DNA of 63,386 nucleotides, counting the filler, from Octopus bimaculoides (taxonomy: Eukaryota): assembly GCF_001194135.2 (NCBI RefSeq). It is 7 parts of 7 records of this genome, joined end to end, with 100 filler letters (N's around TTAATTAATTAA, not from the genome) between each part and the next. Parts side by side here need not be neighbours in the genome. Positions count along the whole stretch, not along the records: positions 52,795 to 60,820 come from NC_068990.1; positions 60,921 to 63,386 come from NC_069007.1; 5 more parts are not named here. One strand, given 5' to 3'. Positions 52,695-63,386 of the stretch are shown here, one piece after another. The stretch's first letter is position 1, and each line of letters opens with the position of its first letter. Position numbers and translations under genes: made by a program. Below the pieces are notes generated by a model. That model saw nothing but the letters and a program-made list of their open reading frames with translations, was not told the DNA's origin and did no database searches.

Positions 52695-52794
52695 NNNNNN
52701 NNNNNNNNNNNNNNNNNNNNNNNNNNNNNNNNNNNNNNTTAATTAATTAANNNNNNNNNNNNNNNNNNNNNNNNNNNNNNNNNNNNNNNNNNNN

Positions 52795-52827
<33 letters not shown>

Positions 52828-52839
52828 ATGTATATATGC

Positions 52840-53000
52840 ACAAAGCCTCAACTTCGTGGAAAGAGAGCGGTCGAATGTATAGACCCCAAGATTTGCTGGT
52901 CATTCAGTATATCGGCTGGGAGGATAAAAGATAAAGTTGAAATCTCGATGGGATTTGAACTTAAAATAAGAAGAGCAGATACTAAAGAAATATCTCCAGG
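52840..53000 (-). mobile_element. SINE family B, very old
   Basis: gtcgaatgtatagacccc...ggataaaagataaagttga...ggatttgaactt. Confidence 0.55.
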
Positions 53001-54266
53001 CTGTTTGTCTTGCGTTCCGATCAGGGTTGCAAGATCAGATTTACAAAAAGAACAGCATATTTTAAAAAAGGTATTGCGGTGTGTTAGAATAAAGTACAAA
53101 AGGAAACATTTCACTAGTGAATTAATATCTATATTTATACAGATACATACACACATGTGCGTGTTTGTGTATTTGTGTGCGAGGGATTGTCTGCAGTTTG
53201 GTTCTAATTTTCTTAGTTGATAATTTAATATATTCAAAAAGATTTTTAACTGTATAAAATGAATATTTATCAAGTAACAACTGGCTTTAAGCTTATATAA
53301 AAACATAGGATTATGCAACCCTGAAGTGTAACATAATTAGCTAATTGTAGCCGAATCTGTCAACCCATGGTTATAACATTTCTGAAATTCCATCGCAGTA
53401 AAATATAAATTACTAGCAGTAAACCCTGTTGGATGATTTTTTTTGATCATTTTCATTTATTTCATATTTATTTTTTATTCTTTCCCCACAGGATCAAGAA
53501 TACTTTTGAAAAACTCGCTGTGGTGGTATCAAAATTTTCTGTATAATACTTGAGTATTATTGTACAATGTATAGTACTTATAAAGACAATTACAATTACA
53601 GTAACTTCTACAATAAAAATAATTATAACAACAATGTTTATGTGTTTATTTGGTTGCTTGACCTGCGAGAAATAGAAGCTAAATTACTCTCAAGTCTGAT
53701 GCAATGATTTTCAGGGGAAAAAGAAAAGAAAAAATATGTAAAAGGGTAAAGATCTTTAAATTATATAGTTTCAGATGTACTACATTTGAGTTAGAAACGT
53801 GATGGTCACGGCTAGAAAGCCTTTGATCAGGACTGACGTAGGGCTAAACACCAAAATCGACCCTAATAACCGCAACTATATAATCAAGACTCTAATGACC
53901 ACAACAAATACTACAACCGTAACCTCCCCCCCCCATCAAATAACCACACTAACATCGTAGCCATAACCGTCCCAGTCACAATCGTAAGAACTACCGCCAA
54001 AACTGTAACAATCATAACTACGACTACTACTACCAAAACTACAACATAACAACTACAAAGTATAATAAGGACAGTCAAACCACAACCAAAACAATAAAGG
54101 GTCTCTGTCTTTGATGTCCAACACAATGACCATCATCACCACTATCACCATCATCATGACTATCACCACTACCGTCACAACCACCACGACGACCATGACG
54201 ATGACCACCACCACCACCATCGTAACTACAATAACATCAGCATCACCACTACGACCGTCATCATGT

Positions 54267-54313
<47 letters not shown>

Positions 54314-55805
54314 GTCATCATCATCGTCATCATCATCACCGTCATCGTTGTTGTCGTTGTCGTCGTCGACGTGAACGTCATGCCTGCGTGGTCGCAATGG
54401 TCATCGTTCATTGCTGTTTGTATACACCATTCATATTATCTGCAAGTTCTCTTATAAATGGACGGTAACAAAATGGACCTAATTGAATAACTGGCCACGT
54501 TTCACTGAAGACGAAGCGTGTGTGTGTGTGTATATGCATGTGCGTGCGTGTGTGTATGCGTGTGTGTGTATGCGTGTGTGTGTATGTGTGTGTATGTGTG
54601 TTTGGGTGTCAAGTGGCGTGGGTGTTCTTGATATGCATGTGTGTATGCATTTGTGTATACACTTACACACACGCATATATATGCAAACACTCATACATGC
54701 ATATACATGGGTGCGTATAAATGTGTACATATGTATAAATGTATATGCAAGTGTATCCATGAATATGACTATGTACGTATTAACTATTTATATACATTTG
54801 TTCACAAATACACACACACACATACACTCACACACATACACACACGTATACATATACACTCGATACAGTGTATATATACACACACACACACGCACACATA
54901 CACATACACACACATATGTACACTCAATTCAGTGTATACATACATACAAAAATCCATCATGTACACACACACACACACACACACACACTCAAACGTATGT
55001 ACGATGTCGGAGCATTTATAAGTTTATGCGCGTGTGTGACGTGTGTGTGTGTGTTTATACGTGTGTATGCGTAAGTAAGTGACAGCGTTAGAGAAAGATA
55101 GGGACGATATTACAGTGTGCCCGTAATTACGAGCAGTTGTATTTATTACGCAAAATATATCACGTACTCAACGGTATTACATATATTATGATTACGAAAA
55201 TAAAGATGTTATATGTTTCTTCGTTTTGCTTTCTTTTGTGTGTTATTTGCGTGTGTGTTTCTTGTATTTTTTCTTCATTCTTCATGTATTCCAATTGCCC
55301 TCTTACCACCCTCTCGACACCCCAGCTATTTCTTCAAAGAATGAATTGCTCTCATACACAACGAAGAGGTCGACATATAAAGCAGTGTTTAAGACTGAGC
55401 AAGGCATGTATTAGATGAGCGAAAACCACCTCATCATAGCAATTTCTATTACGATAGAAGGTGTGTCTCTATCCAGAAACTAACCTCCCTTTCCCATGTA
55501 AACGCCGCGCACAGCGCACATGCATGCCTACGCACACACGCGTACAAACATACATATACAGACAGACAGACATGCGTGTGTATGCGCCAGTGCGTGTGTA
55601 CGTATAAACACAAAACTATTATATATATATATATATNNNNNNNNNNNNNNNNNNNNNNNNNNNNNNNNNNNNNNNNNNNNNNNNNNNNNNNNNNNNNNNN
55701 NNNNNNNNNNNNNNNNNNNNNNNNNNNNNNNNNNNNNNNNNNNNNNNNNNNNNNNNNNNNTATATATATACACATATACATATATATATATACACACACA
55801 CCCAC

Positions 55806-55836
<31 letters not shown>

Positions 55837-56214
55837 CAGACACACATACACACACACGCGCATATATATATATATATATATATACATATATATGTGTGTG
55901 TGTGTGTGTGTGTATTATATATATGTGTATATATATATGTATTATAAGCAGATTGGTATATATGTATATGTGTGTATGTACGTACGTGCGCGTGTATGTA
56001 TGTCACATGTGTATGTACATGCATACACACTTATATATATATGTATACATACATGCGCACATACATGCATACACAGACACACACATACAGATACCCTTCC
56101 AACACATGCACACACACACAAACATCTTCGGATTCGCAGCAACGAATTGTGACTCACGGGGAGAAGCTATTTAATATATACACATATAGACATACATGCA
56201 TATAATATATATAT

Positions 56215-56257
<43 letters not shown>

Positions 56258-56266
56258 TATACATAG

Positions 56267-56298
<32 letters not shown>

Positions 56299-56755
56299 AT
56301 ATATATATGTATGTATATATATATATACATTCATATATATATGTGTGTGTGTGTACACGTATATATGTCTACATACGTACAGTGGCACACGTACGCACAT
56401 ATACACAGAAACACGGACACATATATGTAAAGCAATAGTGCTTGAATAGAGACTAAAATGCGATTTAAAATGGAGAATTTGTTTAAATATCTTTGAATCT
56501 TTACGGAAATATATCATAATATAAAAGAATATAAAACACACACACATAGGCACACACACACACACACATATGTATGTTTATATATATATATATATATGTG
56601 CACGCACTCACCTGTATAGATATATATATATATATATACAAATATATTCATTCATATGCACATGTGCATTTATATATACACGTACGTACACACTGATACA
56701 CATATATACATAAATACACACACCCTTATACACACACATACATACACATTCATAT

Positions 56756-56795
<40 letters not shown>

Positions 56796-57241
56796 NNNNN
56801 NNNNNGATATACTTGCGATCCATATGAGCCTAGCAGATTGTTATTATTATTTGCACCTGTTGCCTCAGGAACAAAAGTTGGGGAGCACTTGTTTTTAGTT
56901 GTCAGAATAATCAGAGACAGTTGATTTTTGTCCCCCACCCTGCCGTATTTGGGATATTTTTGTTTATGTTCATATTATATTTTTGTCTATTGTTGTTATA
57001 TTTACTTTTCACTTGACTTGAAACCTTTCCCAACCATTTCGTGTTTCTGTTCTTCTTTTTTTTTACAACCTCTGTACTCTTGTCAATTAAGAACCTTTTT
57101 GACATTGGCAGCATTTGAGTTGGTTGTGGACATAGAAAGAAAATAACTAAAGACCGCAAGATATTTTATCAAACGCTCTAACAATTCTGTTAATCCGCAA
57201 ACCAATGATGATGATAATAATAATAATAATAATAATAATAA

Positions 57242-57455
57242 TCCTTTCTACTATAGGCACACGACCTGAACTTTTTGGGTGAGTGGGGTACCCGATTACA
57301 TCGACCCAGTGCGTAACTGGTAGTTATTTAATCGACTCCGAAAAGATGAAAGGCAAAGTTGACCTCGGCGGAATTTGATCTCAGAACTTAAAGACAGACG
57401 AAATGCCACTAAGCATTTTGCCCGGCGTGCTAACGATTCTGCCAGCTCACCGCCT
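57242..57455 (-). mobile_element. SINE family B, full length with (ATT)n tail
   Basis: Head aggcggtgagctggcagaatcgttagcacg, B-box-like gagatcaaattcc, core gcctttcatcttttcggagtcgattaaataactaccag. Confidence 0.9.
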
Positions 57456-57477
57456 GATCGCCTCCTTAATAATGATA

Positions 57478-57594
57478 CTAAAACACTTTCAATGCAGTAA
57501 ACATAAGAGCACCACAGCAAACCACAGCACATACCCAAGGCGCACAGAGCTGCGTTCGGTAGTGAAGTGAAAGCACGCTATAAAAATAAAACTA

Positions 57595-57655
<61 letters not shown>
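57478..57655 (+). mobile_element. Probable 3' end of an R4/Dong-like LINE with (AAT)n tail
   Basis: Short unique segment ending aaaataaaactactg followed by (AAT)n; family assignment is from recall only. Confidence 0.4.
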
Positions 57656-58284
57656 GTTATTCATTTTGGCCACAAAGGCTCCAATGTTTGAAGGCAATCT
57701 CATGCATAGTTTGTTAACCTTAAGCAACTCATGGCTTCCAAAGTAGCGAATTATAAATTTTTCGTGCGAGGTTAAAAAACAAATAAGTAATCTTAATGAA
57801 CTGCTTTTTTTTTTTTTCGCAATTCATGATCACCAAGTATCATATTACTACTACTATTAACAGTCGTCTTTTATTTAGCACCAGAATGGTGAACGAAGGG
57901 GACATTACAAGGGCGAATTATTAAAAAAAAAATTGGTAAGAGTGTGTTTAAAACGTAGAATAGATTAGTAGAAAATATCTGGCTCGAAAAAACATCATAT
58001 TAAGGATATCAATGTTACCATTTATTGAGGTTATACTATTTGATACCTGCTATTTATGAGATTATACATTTGATACCTGTTTGTTAATGTATCATTCATA
58101 TTGTTAATCCCGACATCATTTTTTTTGTACATGGTGCAAATCCTAAGAACCCTGGCTGCCGTTTCCGCAGCGAATTTATTTCATCTTCACACTGTTTGCC
58201 ACTCAAATAAGTTTATTCGCCTGTGGCTAATAAAAGGAACTATGATCATTATTGTTACTATTATTATTATTATTATTGTTGTGT

Positions 58285-58490
58285 AAGGCTGCGAGCTGGT
58301 AGAATTGTCAGCACGCCGGATAAACTGTTTATCGACATTTCGTCCGAGTTCAAATTCCACCGAGGTCAACTCTGCCTTTCATCCTTTCGGAGACGATAAA
58401 ATAAGTACCAGTTGAGATGTGGGGGTCGATGTAATCGACTAGCCCCACTACCCATAAATTTCAAGCCTTGTGCTTATAGTAGAAAGAATT
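58285..58490 (+). mobile_element. SINE family B
   Basis: gcgagctggtagaattgtcagcacgccgg...gagttcaaattcc...gcctttcatcctttcggagacgataaaataagtaccag. Confidence 0.9.
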
Positions 58491-58796
58491 ACTATCATGG
58501 TTGTTATTGTATAGTAAATGGCATAAAAATAACCTTTATAAAAGCCGTGTTAAGGTAAATATCAACTTCTGAATATTTTAGTTGTAATAGTTGTTTGTCA
58601 GCGTTAAAATGTTTAGGAACCGATGATATCCAAACGTGGATGCATGACTTTCATGATGTAACCAAGGAAATGCATACACACGCATAAACGAAAGCCGAGT
58701 TGAAATAATCCATTCTAGAAGATGTATGACAAAACACAGCGTGATAACGGTCTATTAAGAATAGTATTATATATAATGAGAATTAGTTTTTATATT

Positions 58797-59083
58797 TTTA
58801 CCTTTTACAGGTTTCAGCTCTTAGACTGTAGCCATGCTAGGGCACTGCCTTTAAGATTTTTTTCTTCTCCTTTTAAGCCTGTAACTTATGCTATCGGTTT
58901 CTCAGGCTGAACCGCTAGTTTACGGGGACATAAACACACAAACACCGGTTGGCAAGCAGTGGTGGGGGACAAACACAGGCAAAAAAAATCCACTGACACA
59001 TCTTTAGAAGACATTTGCCTAAGGTGCCAAGCAGTGTGACTGAACCCGGAACTACGCGGGTGGGAAGCAAGCTTCTTACCACT
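58797..59083 (-). mobile_element. SINE family A with internal deletions
   Basis: Tail, 3' half and head recognisable. Confidence 0.8.
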
Positions 59084-59564
59084 CGATTAGGTTTTTTAAT
59101 ATTTAATTGCCACAATCATAAGGATATATATATGAACATAGCGTATGTATGTGTGTATGCATGTGTGAGTGTGCGTGTATGTGTGCGTGTGTGTGCATTT
59201 CTGTGTCATTGCTCGCGTTTCATTCGATTGTCCGCATGCATAGATGTGCATTCGTTGAGGGTTTTATAAAAACATATATATCTTAATCGTAAACGCACGC
59301 ACACATATAGACATATACATACATTTGTATCATAGATAAATGTATATATATAGGTATAGACAAATGTGTACATACTGATACGTGTGTGTGTGTGGTGTGT
59401 GTCTGTATTTGTATGTGCGTGTGTGCGTATGTATGTAAGTTATGTATAAGCGCATTCATATACTTATATTCACAGAAACATGAATGTATGTATGCACACA
59501 CACACACACACACACACAGAGTTATCTATGTAAGTACATGTATATCTGTCTGTCTGTCTATCTG

Positions 59565-59608
<44 letters not shown>

Positions 59609-60352
59609 GCTAGCTAGCTATCTATCTGTCTATCAATATATATATATATATATTATTGATAGAAAAGACAACAAAAGAAAGAAAGAGACCTCGATATTAT
59701 GTAAATAGAGGAATTTATTGGTAAAAATATGTGACAATTATTCGGTNNNNNNNNNNNNNNNNNNNNNNNNNNNNNNNNNNNNNNNNNNNNNNNNNNNNNN
59801 NNNNNNNNNNNNNNNNNNNNNNNNNNNNNNNNNNNNNNNNNNNNNNNNNNNNNNNNNNNNNNNNNNNNNNNNNNNNNNNNNNNNNNNNNNNNNNNNNNNN
59901 NNNNNNNNNNNNNNNNNNNNNNNNNNNNNNNNNNNNNNNNNNNNNNNNNNNNNNNNNNNNNNNNNNNNNNNNNNNNNNNNNNNNNNNNNNNNNNNNNNNN
60001 NNNNNNNNNNNNNNNNNNNNNNNNNNNNNNNNNNNNNNNNNNNNNNNNNNNNNNNNNNNNNNNNNNNNNNNNNNNNNNNNNNNNNNNNNNNNNNNNNNNN
60101 NNNNNNNNNNNNNNNNNNNNNNNNNNNNNNNNNNNNNNNNNNNNNNNNNNNNNNNNNNNNNNNNNNNNNNNNNNNNNNNNNNNNNNNNNNNNNNNNNNNN
60201 NNNNNNNNNNNNNNNNNNNNNNNNNNNNNNNNNNNNNNNNNNNNNNNNNNNNNNNNNNNNNNNNNNNNNATATATAGGTAAATATGTGCTTGATATCCAA
60301 TTATATGTTAATAAATATATGTATGTATAAATATGTTTATAAGACATATCTT

Positions 60353-60404
<52 letters not shown>

Positions 60405-60734
60405 TATACATACATATACACATAAATATATGTATACATATATATATATTGTATATAAAATACATATACATGGTTGTAAATTAGATAATGAATATATGTG
60501 TGTATGTATGTGTGAATGTGTGTATATATATGAGTGTGTGTATGTATATATATCTGTGTGTGTGCAGGTGGGCATATATAGACATACACACACACATATA
60601 TATATATGATACATATATCTATAAATCTATATATATATATATATAAATATATATATTTATATGCATATCTATATATATGTATATACATACATATACATAT
60701 GTATATATACACACATATACATATATATATATAT

Positions 60735-60820
<86 letters not shown>

Positions 60821-61081
60821 NNNNNNNNNNNNNNNNNNNNNNNNNNNNNNNNNNNNNNNNNNNNTTAATTAATTAANNNNNNNNNNNNNNNNNNNNNNNN
60901 NNNNNNNNNNNNNNNNNNNNATTTAGAAACTTCTAGAGAACCTGAAATACTTCTTTTATAACAGATCTCGAAGAAGATAAGACTATATATAAAACATGTC
61001 TACTTCGAGTTCTACCGCTGAAAAAAATTATTCCACGTTTCTTGAAGTTATTAAATTCTAACAACGTAATATATTCAGTAT

Positions 61082-61298
61082 TCGTTTCTACTCTAGGCAC
61101 AAGGCCCAAAATTTGTTGGAAGCGGGTGGCAGTCGATTAGATCGACCCCAGTACGCAACTGGTACTTAAGTTATCGACCCCGAAAGGATAAAAGGCAAAG
61201 CCTACCTCGGCGGAATTTGAACTCAGAACGTAAAGACGGAGAAAATACCGCTAAGCATTTCGCTCGGCGTGCTAACGTTTCTGCCAACTCGCCGCCTT
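61082..61298 (-). mobile_element. SINE family B, least degraded copy
   Basis: aaggcggcgagttggcagaaacgttagcacgccgagcgaaatgc...gagttcaaattccgccgagg; CpGs retained. Confidence 0.92.
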
Positions 61299-61355
61299 AT
61301 ATTGAATTTTGGATTAAACCTGCTTATATATCAATATGTGTTGTTTTGTTTGCAG

Positions 61356-61550
61356 ATAAACACACAACATGCCGCAGACTGTCAAAACATGCAGAACACT
61401 CTATCACACTCTGTTACACAAAACAGTCTCACTGAGTCACTGAAGTACAGCAGACAATACACGTCACTACGACGGTTGCTTATCCGCTGTCTTCTCCGTT
61501 GGCGGCAAAATCTACCGAAAATCGCATTCGACCGTCTTAAGAAAGGACAG
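61356..61550 (+). other. Candidate exon (195 nt, one open frame; alternative donor after 61580)
   Basis: tgttgttttgtttgCAG acceptor; non-repetitive CpG-containing sequence; donors CAG|GTTGCA (61551) or TAG|GTAAAC (61581). Confidence 0.3.
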
Positions 61551-62004
61551 GTTGCATTAACTCGCGTTTCCTGTGCATAGGTAAACGACATAATTGTCGT
61601 AGTTTGGACCCCTTTGATCGTAAATCTGCCTGATCAAGGCTCTATCTTGCTAAACGGCAACAGCAGTAAGAGAAGCAGCAGTAATAGTAGCAACCATTAG
61701 TGCTTGCAGTATCAACTTCAACTGTAACAACAACAGCAACTGTCTCTGCAGTAATAGGTGTTTGCAGTATCAACAACAACAACAACGATGACAACAAACT
61801 CGTGTCTCATACAGCAAGTTTTATTTCTAATTTTCGGTGCCAAAGAGACAATCGGCAAGAATGCTTTCATCTTGGAAATCTGTGAAACGGTCAGATAAAT
61901 TCCTTTTATCTAAGGCTTCTCGTTGGTTGCCGCTTTGAAAATGATTATCCGATTTTTCACTCTCACTCTCTTTGTCACTCTCCTTCTCTCCTCTTCTATT
62001 TCTC

Positions 62005-62053
<49 letters not shown>

Positions 62054-62212
62054 CTCTCTCATCTCACTTCATTTCTCTTTTACCCCTCCATGTCAGAAGA
62101 AATGGAATCGCAGGTCGCGGTATTAAAGGAATACGTCGATTTAACCATGCACTTAGTTCCAAGCACCCGGCCGTTAAGTGAGGCTTAAACTTACAGGGAA
62201 ATGCTATTGAAA

Positions 62213-62345
62213 ACGCAGGCGTGGCTGTGTGCTAAGAAGTTTACTTCCCAACCACATGGTTCTAAGTTCATTCCCACTGCGTGGCACTTCGGGCCTACCA
62301 GTCTTATGAGTGGATTTGATGGACGAAACCGGAAGAAGCTCGCCA
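62213..62345 (+). mobile_element. SINE family A 5' part
   Basis: gcaggcgtggctgtgtgctaagaag...cccactgcgtggcac...gagtggatttg followed by (GATA)n. Confidence 0.85.
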
Positions 62346-62369
62346 TATATAGAAAGATAGATCGATAGC

Positions 62370-62413
<44 letters not shown>

Positions 62414-62449
62414 CAGGTAGATAGATAGATAGATACATACATACATACA

Positions 62450-62485
<36 letters not shown>

Positions 62486-62746
62486 TATATATGTACATAT
62501 ATAAATTTAAATAATAATATTATGTGTGTGTGTGTGTGTTTATGTTCGGTTATAGTAAAAAAAAAAGGTTTTACATCAATCTGATGGGTTGCAGTATACT
62601 TGTGGAGAGCACAGATTTACTATTTTAAACAAGAATATAATTGAAAGTGACTTCGAAGTTTCGGCTGACTGCCGCAGTTCGATGATTGCTTAACCGGCCG
62701 AAAATCCGAAGTCACAATTAATAATATACCCATTTAAAAGTAATGT

Positions 62747-62798
<52 letters not shown>

Positions 62799-62826
62799 GT
62801 GATCGTCATCGTCATCATCGTCATCG

Positions 62827-62865
<39 letters not shown>

Positions 62866-63325
62866 CCATCATCATCATCAAATTAAATCAATTCAAAAGA
62901 AGAGCAGAGAGCATTTAAAGACAATCGGCGCCCACAGTATCTAACTGCAGAGTGACAAAATGGCTGACTGAACGAATGCTCAGAGCGTACATAACCGAGA
63001 ACTCATTGTGGTTGTTTAAATTTTAGAGCAATAATTATCAATAATAAATTAATTATGCATTTATCTTGCGTAAATTAATAATTAAAACTTTTATTTTAAG
63101 TATTATTTATAAACTATCATCAAAATGAAGATACGGCAAAACTAAAATCATTAATCAAAGTGTTGTTACACATATGCACAGACATATAGACACGAACGTA
63201 TATGAATGCCACTGTGTGCATGTGTATGTACATGTATGTATAAATGCATAAATACATGTATTCGTGCAGAAGCACACAAAACATATAAACAAATAGATGA
63301 AGAGATATGTATGTGTGTATAAATA

Positions 63326-63386
<61 letters not shown>

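Noticed and set aside
53880-54400. Thr/His/Asp-rich mucin-like reading frames
   Set aside because: Degenerate (AAC/CAT/GAT)n low-complexity DNA with no splice signals or domain

Overview
Eukaryotic, AT-rich, microsatellite-saturated draft-assembly sequence with many N gaps. The SINE families, the (CA/TA/GATA/AAT)n load and the TTAGGG tract point to a coleoid cephalopod, most likely Octopus; this is recognition, not a database result. There is no prokaryotic system, CRISPR array, rRNA or functional tRNA, and no complete host gene. Almost all ORFs in the supplied track are artefacts of microsatellites or N runs. The real content is mobile-element debris: (1) a full-length but dead DD37D (maT) Tc1/mariner element with TIRs and TA TSD; (2) an R4/Dong LINE sitting in a (TAA)n tract and split by a second retro-insertion; (3) RTE, mariner and probable piggyBac remnants and a mariner MITE; (4) about 20 copies of three tRNA-derived SINE families; (5) a roughly 2 kb nested foldback element with paired RFX X-box motifs; (6) an interstitial telomeric tract. 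The best leads are RNA-structure signals: a minimal Penelope-type hammerhead at 6551-6586 (-), a 300-bp element with two tandem hammerhead-like cores at 2777-2925, and a near-adjacent inverted SINE pair. A CpG-poor block between two scaffolding linkers (30.9-36.0 kb) carries a convincing 90-nt candidate exon. All coordinates were counted by eye and may be off by a few bases.
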